A stretch of 64,000 nucleotides of DNA from Macrostomum lignano (GCA_002269645.1 NIVC01000662.1:186001-250000); one strand, 5' to 3'; counted from the stretch's first letter, positions 49,046 to 62,547 are shown. Translations and numbers: made by a program. The notes: a model not told the origin generated them from the letters alone.

Positions 49046-51584
49046 AAACCTGCGCGAAATCATACCACCGTAAAACACACTAAACTATGCAGCAAGTTTT
49101 TAGCGTTGAAAAAAATAAAGCTAAAAGCGGAGTCGCGCTGAGTGTAACACAACAGCTGCTATAATTAGATTCAGTCCATACATGGTCCTCATGATGGGGT
49201 GACTACGAGCTAATTGTTAGTAGACTCATAAAATGCTCCGCCGTCTATCTTGTAAGCATGCGGCGGCAAGTTTTAAGCGTATAACAGAATTTTTTATGAC
49301 TGAACAAATTAATCTGCGTAAATTGTTAATTTGTTTTAATTAAGTGGGCAGCAAATTGTAGGCAGTGGCCCCACCTCAAACTCATTGGTCACTTTGGGGG
49401 GCGCTGCATGGTGACTATTTTTATTATTTTTATTTTTATTAGACTAGATGCTATATAGATCTCGCAGTTTTGCCCTAGCCCGTTAGGGGCCAGCAAAAAA
49501 GATCGGTGCCAAGGCCCAACATTCCGGGCCATCATATTCCCCAGCCTCTAGCCAGCATCGCGCCATGAGTCGCTTAATTACCAACCGCAGATTCTACTGC
49601 CAAGCAGCTGCCGCCTCCGCCAGTGACGGCTCTCAAACATTGCCATCTGCCAAGCCGCACCTCGCAGTCTACAGCCACTGCCAGCGCTGACTGTATGGAG
49701 CCGTTGGTTAATTGTCAGTTAAATTGAGGGTCCGCCGCGCGTCACGAAACAAAACTGCCTCTCGGAATAGATGGAGATAGGAGAAGGGGGAGACTGAGCG
49801 TCAATGAGGGAGGGGACACTCCAAAATAGACAGAACTGGACTCAAGTCACAATGGCCCGCAGAAAATGATGACGATAATCACACGGGAGGAGGGGTGCAG
49901 GGGGTTTGGAAGTCAGACCCTGGCCCAGTGATCATCATTCATTACCAGGCGAATGAAATATTCATTTGGCTGCTCCACCCCGCGCGCGGAGCCTGGATGA
50001 TGGAGCTGGGGAAGGTAAGAAGCTGCCCCATTCCGAGATCCAACACTAACTAATTAATCGCGATGGACTGCTCTCCTGAGTCCCGGCCAAGCCAAACACA
50101 AAACGGAACTCTTGCACTGGAAGCTGTTTAGTGTTTTTCAGCTATCTCAACCCCTCTCTGCATCGCTGGTTCCCCATATTACCAATTTTGTCACAATTTG
50201 ATGAAGGAAAGAAGCCCCCCCTCCAACCACCCCCTCTGACAAGTGCGGCAAGTGTGCTCCCCGATAGTCGTCAAGAGGAGGTCGCATGGCAACTATTATC
50301 TGTGGGAGAGGGAGGGTTGGCTACCTGGAGTGTGACTACAGCAGCCTGGTTGGCCCAGCTGGGACGCAGGCTTAGCGCCTCCCAGCAGTGCCGATTGGGT
50401 GCCGGACGAAGAGGGGCTGTGAGGTTGCTGCGGCGGCGATGGGGCAGCAGCGGCTGTCAGCATTTATGCTGGCACCGGGGCCCAGCGATGCGGGCACTTC
50501 GCCATCTCTTCTCTGTCTCGACCGGAGCATAGGCATCAAGGTTGACTGACAGCAACATTCTTGAATAGGACGCCTCCCAAACCGCCCTGAGCGTTGGTGT
50601 TTAAATTCTACCTGTCATACTTGACACAGGTGAGTTAAGAAAGTTGTTTATGCATTCTATGAGCTAATGCCTCTTTTGTCTATATTTGTCTTTGTAGTTC
50701 CCTTAGCCTAAAAAGCGAGGATGCAACGCAGTCGTTATACAATAGGCTCTTGAGCAACTCTGAGTGGGGCGAGTGCATGGGCATGGCTAACTCAGCAGGG
50801 TAGCTGGCGCAGCATGCGACGTCCAGATGCGGAGTTGCTAAGCACAGAATAATGAGAGCGAAGAGGAAGACGCAGGAGTAAATGAAGTGGGAGGGGCCGG
50901 CAGAGAAGGGAAAACGAAAAGACAGCTTTGGGATTTGGATTTTTGCAAGCTTTTTTCCCATAAAAACAGGAGCTACCTTTCTACACTATTTTTTTACACG
51001 ATTGGGCTGCCACTCCTGCCAGGAAGGCTGTTGCCAAGGCTTGGAGCAGCTTCACCTTCTTTCTCTGAAGAGTAAAACCTCATGTATGGATGAGAGTTAT
51101 GTCATCGATGCTCCACAATAATCTACTGGATAAAATATTGCCAATTGTATTTGACACAGCACTGCGGAGCCAAAAGGAGGAGATCAATTCCAGCTGCGCA
51201 ATCCGGGTCTAGGCTTGAACAGGGAGAGACTAAGCACACATTGGATTCAAGCCTATTGAATCCTAACTTACAATGTGTGACAGGTGGGCAAACATACGTC
51301 TAGAAAGGATTTAAGCCATTTTGCAAATGAGGGATCTTAAATAAAACATCAACAGCGACAATTAGACAGACGCCCAATCGGCCCCCTCTAGGATCAACGG
51401 AGCTTCAACCTGCAGACCTCATTTCCCTGTGTTTGTCCCTCTTGATTGTTCTCAATCGGATGAAAGGGCAATCCTGATGTAGCTAAGGAATTCCACAGCA
51501 CACACCATTAGTGGGCAATCGTTCATTCCGACAATGTGAGGACAACAGGCGTCTTGGCGTCTGCTCAGAAGAATCTTTTCCGAG

Positions 51585-51594
51585 TATATATAAA
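51585..51594 (+). promoter_or_regulatory. Candidate TATA box of the neuropeptide gene
   Basis: TATATATAAA about 76 nt upstream of the ATG at 51670. Confidence 0.5.
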
Positions 51595-51669
51595 TTTCCA
51601 ACGCTGGCCTCAACTCCATCTGCCAATTTTCAGTCGCAACGAAGGTCGAAGCTGAAACCGCGAGAAACT

Positions 51670-51732
51670 ATGAACTGCGCACTTCAAGTCTGCCTTCTAC
51701 TTGGTCTTCTGGTGTCCGTCACCAGCGCGGAG
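51670..51732 (+). CDS. Multicopy neuropeptide precursor, exon 1 (signal peptide)
   Basis: MNCALQVCLLLGLLVSVTSAE: hydrophobic core with a small-residue cleavage site. Donor GAG|GTAAGT, phase 0. Confidence 0.85.
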
Positions 51733-51801
51733 GTAAGTTTGCAACTGATTTGCATTCTTTTCAGTTCCATTGTGTAGCAAACTTGAACCCTGAAAATGCA
51801 G

Positions 51802-52227
51802 AGGCCGCACCACGAGTACGGCGGAGAGTACCACGCCGCTAAACGGGCCGCCCTGGCCGACTTCCGCAAGCGCTTCAACGGCTGGTACAACGTCGACGCC
51901 GAGGAGCGAGGCCGCGCCGGCCATCACCACCGCCATGGCAAGGGCGAGCATGAGGAGAAGCGCGCCGCCCTGTCCGACTTTAAGCGCGCCGCTCTGTCCG
52001 ACTTTAAGCGCGCCGCTCTGGCCGATTTCAAGCGCGCCTCGCTTGCCGACTTCAAGCGCGCCGCCTTAGCCGACTTCAAACGTGCCGCTCTGTCCGACTT
52101 CAAACGCGCTGCCCTAGCCGATTTCAAACGCGCCGCCCTAGCCGACTTCAAGCGCGCCGCTCTGGCCGACTTCAAGCGCTCGCACCACCGCCACTCGGAG
52201 GGCCACAAAGGCGCCAAGGGCCACCAT
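51802..52227 (+). CDS. Multicopy neuropeptide precursor, exon 2 (10 x A(A/S)L(A/S)DF between dibasic sites)
   Basis: KR-flanked hexapeptides with synonymous codon variation between copies, plus His-rich spacers. Acceptor TGCAG, donor CAT|GTAAGC. Confidence 0.9.
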
Positions 52228-52350
52228 GTAAGCTGATTGAATGTTGCCTGCAGAACAACCTTGACAGTTGGAACTAGGACCAATAAAGAAACAGCATAAC
52301 CTTATATTATGTATAATATTGAATAATTATTCGCTGCATGACCACTTCAG

Positions 52351-52458
52351 CACGCCGGCAAGCACCACGGCGAGCACAAACGGCAGCTGTACTGGGACAT
52401 CTGCACCCGCATGGAGAACGGCGAGGAGAAGTACTACGCCTGCCAGAAGAGCCTCTAA
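52351..52458 (+). CDS. Multicopy neuropeptide precursor, exon 3 (C-terminal two-Cys peptide)
   Basis: Acceptor ccacttcag, phase 0. HAGKHHGEHKR-QLYWDICTRMENGEEKYYACQKSL*. The full precursor is 198 aa. Confidence 0.8.
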   Translation, partial: HAGKHHGEHKRQLYWDICTRMENGEEKYYACQKSL

Positions 52459-53015
52459 GGAGACGAACGGCAGTCACGGAGCGTTTTGAAGACACAAGAC
52501 ACAAGAAAATCAAATTTGTCCACAACGAATTAGCAACTCACAATTTCTATATCTTACTTTTTTAAAGGTGCGCATGGTTAATCCAAGATGGTGGAGAGTC
52601 CTCCCCGCAAGCTGGGAATATTTTAGAACCTGGCCTAGCTAAAGCTGTTGTCTTTAAAACCAAATTACAAACTCTGCAATACAGAACGGACTGAAAATCC
52701 AAGACCTTTTACGATGTCAATGCTGTTTGCCGTTTCTTATTTACTCCTTTCGTTTTGATGTGCAAGCATGCCATTCAGACAAGGGGCAGAAATGAATCAT
52801 GAAGTCAACCCACCATTGAAAAATAACCTTGACGTGATCCCTGTGTGAAATACTATGTATATGCGCATGCAAACGCAATAATATTTATATAAAATCCCTA
52901 TTCAACAGAACAATATCATTTCTATCTAATATTCCGTTGCAAACGCCAATTCATACCCCAGCCTGAGACAGCAGCCTCCAGGACTATCGGCCTGCCACTA
53001 TCTTCAGCTCCCAAT

Positions 53016-53039
53016 AATAAAGCAAAATTTCTCAATAAA
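53016..53039 (+). terminator. Candidate polyadenylation signals of the neuropeptide gene
   Basis: AATAAA at 53016 and 53034 (another near 53055), about 560 nt after the stop. Confidence 0.4.
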
Positions 53040-54259
53040 GCGCCAAAAAGTTGAATAAAAATATGAAAAAACAAGCACGAGTGCATGTAAGTGCAATATT
53101 AGTTGTGCAAAGTGACCTCTTTGTTAATATTTTCCTTGACTATTACTACATCGCTTTGATATAGAATGGAACCCTCATTTCTTATGGGAGGCTTATACCT
53201 GGCTGTCAGTCTTCACACAGATAATAACTACCTGCGGCTATGCAGCCCACACCTAATAGGACCTTAATAACGGATGCCAAGATGGGAAGCCCAAAACTGC
53301 ATTGCTGTGATGGATGCACTTTGATCACAAGCCGGGGCCAACCGATCCGAGCTCGTTATGCCGCGGCTTGGGCTCAGACAATCTAGAATCCAGAATCTGA
53401 CAGGCTGTTAAAAATCTGTGAATTGATTTTTTGAAAAACAATCTTAATGACCCAAGGGACAATGCAATCACCGGAATGAGATCACCTCCACGTTCTACAA
53501 ACAGCGCTGAGGCTATTCTGGCCATTCCGCTGCCCAACTTTCGTGTAAAAAGTTCCAAACTAATACAGCCAGAATGAGACAAAACTCCATGACAAGAAGT
53601 AAACAAACTCAGCGACCGGAATGAAACGAAACTCCATAACGTCATAACCGAAGATCTGCATACTATAATACAACTTCTATATTTATTTATTGAGCACGGG
53701 GAACGGAGAAAAATAGAAGCAACGAATGCTTTAGATCAGCTGAGCTGCTGTCTTCATCAAACATGATCTAGGCAGCTGGGCTACCCACTGATATGTCAGC
53801 CATCTGATCTCAAAATATTCATCATTGCATATGATATGTGTGTTGTCAGGTTGATCGCTCCAGCGAATAATGAGAAAAGGCTAGGCGTTAAATTCATAGG
53901 TATTTCTCTCAGAGCAATGGGGAGTGAAGAGATGATTCAATTAGGGCGGCTGTATGAGTGCCAACGCTAGTAGCCTATTCAGCTGAGTACTGACTAACCA
54001 CCACAAGCTCCGCTTAAATTAGCAATATAGGAGTCTACAGTAAAACATCAGTTAAATTAAAAAACAGAACTTTTCTAACAGCAGAATAATGTTTTCCAAT
54101 TGCCAAAAAATATAATTTATGTACGTTACGTATATTCGGGAAAATCAAAAGTCATCAGTCATGTTCACAACTGGTCATGAGAAGATTTAACAGTGCCAAA
54201 ATTATGCATGATATCAAAGTATTAAGCATTACCATTATCATTAATACAACTGCGCCAAT

Positions 54260-54887
54260 TACCACATCTACTCTCTCCTCTACATCTCTACTCTATCTGC
54301 ATCTACTTCTATCCTCTATATCTACTTCTCTCTATATCTACTCTCTCATCTACATCTACTTCTCTCCTCTATATCTACTCTCTCATCTACATCTACTCTC
54401 ATCTACATCTACTCTCTCATCTACATCTACTCTCTCATCTACATCTACTCTCTCATCTACATCTACTCTCTCATCTACATCTACTCTCTCATCTAAATCT
54501 ACTCTCTCATCTACATCCACTCTCTAATCTACATCTACTTCTCTCATCTACATCTACTCTCTCATCTACATTCTCATCTACATTTACTCTCTCATCTAAA
54601 TCTACTCTCTAATCTACATCTACTTCTCTCCTCTCCATCTACTCTCTCATCTACATCTACTCTCTCATCTACATCTACTCTCTCATCTACATCTACTCTC
54701 CCATCTACATCTCATCTCTTCTCTATATCTACTCTTTCCTCTACATCTACTCTCTCATCTACATCTACTTCTCTCATCTACATCTACTCTCTCATCTACA
54801 TCCACTCTCTCATCTACATCTACTCTCCCATCTACATCTCATCTCTTCTCTATATCTACTCTTTCCTCTACATCTACTCTCTCATCT

Positions 54888-54973
<86 letters not shown>

Positions 54974-55710
54974 TCTCTATCTCTCTCTATCTATCTACTC
55001 TCTCATCTACATCCACTCTCTAATCTACATCTACTTCTCTCATCTACATCTACTCTCTCATCTACATTCTCATCTACATCTACTCTCTCATCTAAATCTA
55101 CTCTCTAATCTACATCTACTTCTCTCCTCTACATCTACTTCTCTCCTCTACATCTACACTCTCATCTACATCTACTCTCTCATCTAAATCTACTCTCTCA
55201 TCTACATCCACTCTCTAATCTACATCTACTTCTCTCATCTACATCTACTCTCTCATCTACATCTACTCTCTCATCTACATTCTCATCTACATCTACTCTC
55301 TCATCTAAATCTACTCTCTAATCTACATCTACTTCTCTCCTCTACATCTACTCTCATCTACATCCACTCTCTCATCTACATCTACTCTCTCATCTACTCT
55401 CTCATCTACTCTCTCATCTACATCTACTCTCTCATCTACATCTACTCTCCCATCTACATCTCATCTCTTCTCTATATCTACTCTTTCCTCTACATCTACT
55501 CTCTCATCTATATCTACTCTCCTATCTACATCTTCTCTCTTCTCTATATCTACTTTTTCTCTACATCTACTCCATCATCTACATCTACTCCATCATCTAC
55601 ATCTACTCTCTCCTATATATCTACTCTCTCCTCTATATCTACTCTTTCCTCTACATCTACTCTCTACTCTATTTCTACTCTCTACATCTACTCGCTCCTC
55701 TACATCTCTA
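54260..55710. repeat. 18-bp minisatellite with an embedded (CT)n microsatellite
   Basis: Unit catctactctctcatcta. Pure (CT)n at about 54893-54960. Confidence 0.93.
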
Positions 55711-56059
55711 CTCTATTTGTTAAATAATGTAAGTACTAGAAAAATGGATAGTCAATTATTAAAAAAGAGAACCTCAGCAAAAAAGCAAATTGGTGTGCAC
55801 ATGCAGACAACATAGCTCACCGAAGCGAACTAGCAAAACCATAGATTTCAAATTAGCAATTGTAATGGAATGACTTTAATTAGATAATACTAATGTTAAC
55901 ACGTGACAGTATCATAAACATCAACTACATAGATTTAATCAACTTTAAAATACCACTAGACCGCTTCATTGCGTTCAAAATTTAATTTAAAATCGTTGAT
56001 AGCTACAAATTAAATACAACTGCTACAGTCATTCTAGACAATTGTACTATATACCTTAC

Positions 56060-56300
56060 TTTTACACACAAAGACCTTCACCTATTTCACCTTCACCTGA
56101 AGGCACCTACAGACCCTTCTACAGGAACTTAAAGACCCTTCTACAGGCACTTACAGATCGTTCTTCAGGCACTAACAGACCCTTCTACAGGCACTTACAG
56201 ACCATTCTACAGGCACTAACAGACCCTTCTACAGGCCCTAACAAACACTTCTACAGGAACTTACAGACCCTTCTACAGGCACTTACAGACCATTCTACAG
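56060..56300. repeat. 22-bp minisatellite immediately 3' of the GALT stop
   Basis: Unit acagacccttctacaggcactt. Confidence 0.88.
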
Positions 56301-56332
56301 GGTTAAACAGCCAATCCAGTCAGGTTAGACAG

Positions 56333-56593
<261 letters not shown>

Positions 56594-56609
56594 TTACCGC
56601 TGAACTCCA

Positions 56610-57055
56610 CTATCTGGCCCCATCTATCTGGCACTATATCTGGCACTCTATCTGGCACTCTCTATCTGGCACTCTCTATCTCGCACTCTCTATCTGGCAC
56701 TCTCTATCTGGAACTCTCTATCTGGCACTCTCTATCTCGCACTCTGTATCTGGCACTCTATCTGGCACTCTCTATCTGGCACTCTCTATCTGGCACTCTC
56801 TATCTAGCACTCTCTATCTGGCACTCTCTATCTGGCACTCTCTATCTGGAACTCTCTATCTGGCACTCTCTATCTCGCACTCTGTATCTGGCACTCTATC
56901 TGGCACTCTCTATCTGGAACTCTCTATCTGGCACTCTCTATCTGGCACTCTCTATCTGGCACTCTCTATCTAGCACTCTCTATATGGCACTCTCTATCTG
57001 GCACTATCTATATGGCACTCTCTATCTGATACTTTATCTGCCACTCTCTATCTAA
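56610..57055. repeat. 14-bp minisatellite in a GALT intron
   Basis: Unit ctctctatctggca. Confidence 0.93.
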
Positions 57056-57075
57056 CACGCCTCATATTGGCACTA

Positions 57076-57213
<138 letters not shown>

Positions 57214-57371
57214 TTATATAAACTTATAGAAAGTTACATTGGAGGGTGTGGATAGCAAACAGAAGTTAACTTGAATAGGTAGAGGGGGGGCACCCCCAAG
57301 ACACAGTGAAGTGTAAATAATGAGAAATTGCCGCTGTACAGCCGAGCCTTAACAAGCCCTCAGACTCTCAC

Positions 57372-57687
57372 CTGACACCTCTCCGTCATTCAGGTCCGTC
57401 AGCCTGAGCACGTGCCGTCGCGGTAGCAGCATAGTCTCAAACGGCCAAACAGCCCAAAAAGGCACCACGCAGACCCAGTGCTCGTTTTGGAATACGATTC
57501 GTTCTTCCCGACGGAGCTCCTGCTGAACATAGTCAACCAGCATCGGCCGGTTGCCATTCCTGGCTGCGTAGGCCAACTGATTTGAGTCCTTTTTAGCTGC
57601 CTCGGTTGGCAGATAGGCAGTTGACCAGATCTGGCAGTGGGGGTGCGGATTCGAGCAGCCCATGACGGCGCCTCGGTTCTCCAGAAT
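57372..57687 (-). CDS. GALT: GALT, exon with the catalytic HPH motif (5' exons not found in window)
   Basis: [21 protein letters not shown]...[23 protein letters not shown]. Acceptor ttgacag, donor G|GTGAGA. Confidence 0.95.
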
Positions 57688-57744
57688 CTGTCAAGCGGCG
57701 GTTTGCGGCTGTTTTTAATGATGCCTTTGATGTTTTATTATGCT

Positions 57745-59370
57745 ACCTATCCACTGATTAGAAGATTTCACACCTCATCTATCCACTGATTAGAAGTTTT
57801 CACACTTAAACTATCCACTGATTAGAAGATTTCACACCTCATCTATCCACTGATTAGAAGTTTTCACACTTTATCTATCCACTGATTAGAAGATTTCACA
57901 CCTTATCTATCCACTGATTAGAAGTTTTCACACCTTAACTATCCACTGATTAGAAGTTTTCACACCTTATCTATCCACTGATTAAAAGTTTTTACATCTT
58001 ATCTATCCACTGATTAGAAGATTTCACGCCTTATCTATCTATCCACTGATTAGAAGATTTCACACCTTATCTATCCACTGATTAGAAGTTTTCACACCTT
58101 AACTATCCACTGATTAGAAGTTTTCACACCTTATCTATCCACTGATTAAAAGTTTTTACATCTTATCTATCCACTGATTAGAAGATTTCACGCCTTATCT
58201 ATCTATCCACTGATTAGAAGATTTCACACCTTATCTATCCACTGATTAGAAGTTTTCACACCTTATCTATCCACTGATTAGAAGATTTCACACCTTATCT
58301 ATCCACTGATTAGAAGATTTCACGCCTTATCTATCTATTCACTGATTAGAAGATTTCACACCTTATCTATCCACTGATTAGAAGATTTCACGCTTTATCT
58401 ATCCACTGATTAGAAGATTTCACGCCTTATCTATCTATCCACTGATTAGAAGATTTCACGCCTTATCTATCCACTGATTAGAAGATTTCAGACCTTATCT
58501 ATCCACTGATTAGAAGATTTCACGCCTTATCTATCCACTGATTAGAAGATTTCACACCTTAACTATCCACTGATAAGAAGATTTCACGCCTTATCTATCT
58601 ATTCACTGATTAGAAGATTTCACACCTTATCTATCCACTGATTAGAATATTTCACACTTTATCTATCCACTGATTAGAAGTTTTCACACCTTATCTATCC
58701 ACTGATTAGAAGTTTTCACACCTTAACTATCCACTGATTAGAAGTTTTCACACCTTAACTTTCCACTGATTAGAAGTTTTCACACCTTATCTATCCACTG
58801 ATTAGAAGTTTTCACACTTTAACTATCCACTGATTAGAAGTTTTCACACCTTAACTATCCACTGATTAGAAGTTTTCACACCTTATCTATCCACTGATTA
58901 GAAGATTTCACACTTTATCTATCCACTGATTAGAAGATTTCACACCTTATCTATCCACTGATTAGAAGATTTCACACCTTATCTATCCACTGATTAGAAG
59001 ATTTCACACCTTACCTATCCACTGATTAGAAGATTTCACGCCTTATCTATCCACTGATTAGAAGATTTCACGCCTTATCTATCCACTGATTAGAAGATTT
59101 CACACCTTATCTATCCACTGATTAGAAGTTTTCACACCTTAACTATCCACTGATTAGAAGATTTCACGCCTTATCTATCCACTGATTAGAAGATTTCACG
59201 CCTTATCTATCCACTGATTAGAAGATTTCACGCCTTATCTATCTATCCACTGATTAGAAGATTTCACACCTTATCTATCCACTGATTAGAAGTTTTCACA
59301 CCTTAACTATCCACTGATTAGAAGTTTTCACACCTTATCTATCCACTGATTAAAAGTTTTTACATCTTAT
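57745..59370. repeat. 32-bp minisatellite, about 1.6 kb
   Basis: Unit tatccactgattagaagatttcacaccttatc. Confidence 0.96.
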
Positions 59371-59569
59371 ACATCGCATTGACTGGAGGTTTTCACACTT
59401 TATCTGCTTTTTAAAACCGTATCAATCTATTAACTGATAATTTCTCCACAAATTTAGCTCATAAATAAGCTTTTCATACTTTGAGTACGAAGATATTCGC
59501 AAGCAAGGCGACTCATGTCACACAAGTTGCTACCCATAATTGCGAAGTAAGTTGCAATTCTATTTTTAG

Positions 59570-59830
59570 TACAGTAGACATTTAAACCCGAAAGACTGAC
59601 AGTTTCAAGTCTCTCACATTTTCTTTTCAATTGTCTTCTTCCACCCTTCAGATTCTTCCATTTTGAAGCAAGAAGAAGTCACTCGCATGAATTTGCATCC
59701 TCAGCATAGCTTTTCAAGAATTTTAGCACCGAGTGAAGCTGAGCACCTGCGACTGGCAAGACAGATTCACACGCAATCCAACTGTCATTGTTGCCAGGGT
59801 GGCATATCCTTACTAGTGAATTAAAAGAAG
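59570..59830 (-). pseudogene. Possible decayed hAT transposase C-terminal (dimerisation) fragment
   Basis: Minus-strand SVLKFLKSY and TIEKKM resemble hAT ERSFSxLKxIKxYLR...SIEKE only after assuming small frameshifts. Confidence 0.25.
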
Positions 59831-60879
59831 CTACAAAAACTCTTTCAACCCACGAAAAGGCTTCAAAGTTGCTGCGAGAATAAAAAACTGCTTTTAGAAG
59901 AACCCCGAAAAGTGTCCCGAGTGCCGGGGCAATTGTTCCAAACCATGCTTGGAGCAGGTAAAATTAGTACTGAGGCATCCCCGAGGCCACGGAGCGGAAT
60001 AAAACGCATTAGCAACAGTTGATAGATGGTAAAAAACAGCAGAGTGCAACACTCCGCTCCGATTGATGCACCTCGGTAAGGTAAGCCTGACGCAAATAAA
60101 AAACCAATCAACCGTTTTGAGCAAGAGAGCAAGAGATCTGCTCAGCATCAATATCATTCCATGCGTCACTGTTCCAAGCTGGTGATCAGGACGCCATACA
60201 GGGCGTAGACTTGCCCCCCCCCCCCACCCCAGAATGGGCTGGCAAAAGCATATGGCACCCGTGAAACTGGCGCTCACTCAAATAAAACTGCACTTCCCTA
60301 AGTGCAGTGGCGCCTCCTTAAGTGTAGCAGGCCTTAGCAACTGAAATAAGGCTGCGGTAACGAATTTCAGGTGTTGTGCTGCTGACTATAGTAAATTTTA
60401 TTACTGAATAATACAAAGCACATGCAGAGGGTTCAAGAATAAAAGCACAGAAAGACTTGATAGCAACTCTTAGCAGCTGTAGGGCAAAGTGGGAGTTACA
60501 ATAGCAGCATTTGGAAAGCTGGGGAACAGGTGACTTGCAACACCCTAAAGGAGCCAGAAAGGAATTAAGAGAGACAAGTTGTCAGAAAGATAGGGATAGG
60601 CGAGAGAAAGAGATGCAGGCAAAATCTATAATAAACGGATGAATGAGTTTGTGGAGAAATTCGCGTCAATGAAAGAGATGGAGTGGATAATATGAGAGGC
60701 AGCAGCTATAAGTACAAATATGTCATTACGTAGAAAGTCGGTACATTTTCCTACGGATCTATTAGGAAACTTGAGACACAAGCCTTGAGCTTTATCAGCT
60801 AAGGAGAACATCCTCAGTACCTAAAAGCACACCACTCCACAGCCCCAACCACTCCGCAGCACAGGAGAAACCACCTCCA

Positions 60880-61380
60880 ATACTCGCCTAACCAATCACC
60901 CAACACCCCACGACACCCACCACCCCACGGGATCCACCCCACGGCATCCACCACTCCACGGCATCCACCACCCCACGGCATCCACACCCCACAGCACACA
61001 CCACCCCACGGCACTCACCACCCCACAAAACCCACCACCCCACGGCATCCACACCCCACAGCACACACCACCCCACGGCACTCACCACCCCACAAAACCC
61101 ACCACCCCACGGCATCCACCACCCCACGGCATCCACCACCCCACGGCACACACCACACCACGGCACTCACCACCCCACAACACCCACCACCCTACGGCAT
61201 CCACACCCCACAGCAACACCACCCCACGGCACCAACCACCCCACGGAACCCACCACCCCACGGCACACACCACCCCACGGAACCCACCTCCCCACGGCAC
61301 ACACCAAACTAAAACACCCACCACCCCACGGCACCCACCACCCCACAGAACACACCACACCACGGCACACTCACCCCACT
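60880..61380. repeat. About 17-bp C-rich minisatellite
   Basis: Unit caccaccccacggcatc and variants. Confidence 0.88.
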
Positions 61381-61759
61381 CAAAATGCTCTCCCTACAGC
61401 AATACTTCAGACAGTAGTAGTTGTCAAAGATTTTTGCGTTGTAAAGATGAGAAATATTTTTGATTAATTTCTGAGGTTGTCACATGCACATGTAGCTCGT
61501 ACGACAGATACTAATTTGATGCAAGACAGGCGGGACTTTGACAATACCAAATTGACTGCCGCTTCCAATCCCCTTATCTAAAACTTTCATCGCATGTCAG
61601 ATGAATTGGACAACTGAAGAAGAGCGTTACGCAAAAAATGAACAGCAACGGCTTAACTTTTTGGGGAGGGCGGATTGGGATTGAGAAATACAACGAGAGA
61701 GACCTGGAAAATGCAGTAGTTAGTTATTTTTATCGATAGTTTTCTATCTGTAGATAATT

Positions 61760-61760
61760 G

Positions 61761-61813
<53 letters not shown>

Positions 61814-62547
61814 ATAGATAGACAGACATCAGACAGGCAGACACTAACACACACTAAGACAGACAGGCAGACACTAAGACACACTAAGACAGACAGGCAG
61901 ACACTAAGACACACTAAGACAGACAGGCAGACACTGAGACACACTAAGACAGACATGCAGACACTAAGACACACTAAGACAGACAGGCAGACACTGAGAC
62001 ACACTAAGACAGACAGGCAGACACTAAGACACACTAAGACAGACAGGCAGACACTGAGACACACTAAGACAGACAGGCAGACACTAAGACACACTAAGAC
62101 AGACAGGCAGACACTAAGACACACTAAGACAGACAGGCAGACACTGAGACACACTAAGACAGACAGGCAGACACTAAGACACACTAAGACAGACAGGCAG
62201 ACACTAAGACACACTAAGACAGACAGGCAGACACTAAGACACACTAAGACAGACAGGCAGACACTAAGACACACTAAGACAGACAGGCAGACACTAAGAC
62301 ACACTAAGACAGACAGGCAGACACTAAGACACACTAAGACAGACAGACAGACACTAAGACACACTAAGACAGACAGGCAGACAGACAGGCAGACACTAAG
62401 ACACACTAAGACAGACAGGCAGACACTAAGACACACTAAGACAGACAGGCAGACAGACAGGCAGACACTAAGACACACTAAGACAGACAGGCAGACAGAC
62501 AGGCAGACACTAAGACACACTAAGACAGACAGGCAGACAGACAGACA
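61760..62547. repeat. (GATA)n microsatellite grading into a 30-bp minisatellite
   Basis: (gata)n at about 61760-61820, then agacagacaggcagacactaagacacacta. Confidence 0.95.

Noticed and set aside
59897-59957. Possible small + strand exon KNPEKCPECRGNCSKPCLEQ
   Set aside because: AG and GT flanks and a CxxC are present, but it is isolated, antisense to the GALT intron and inside TE-like DNA.
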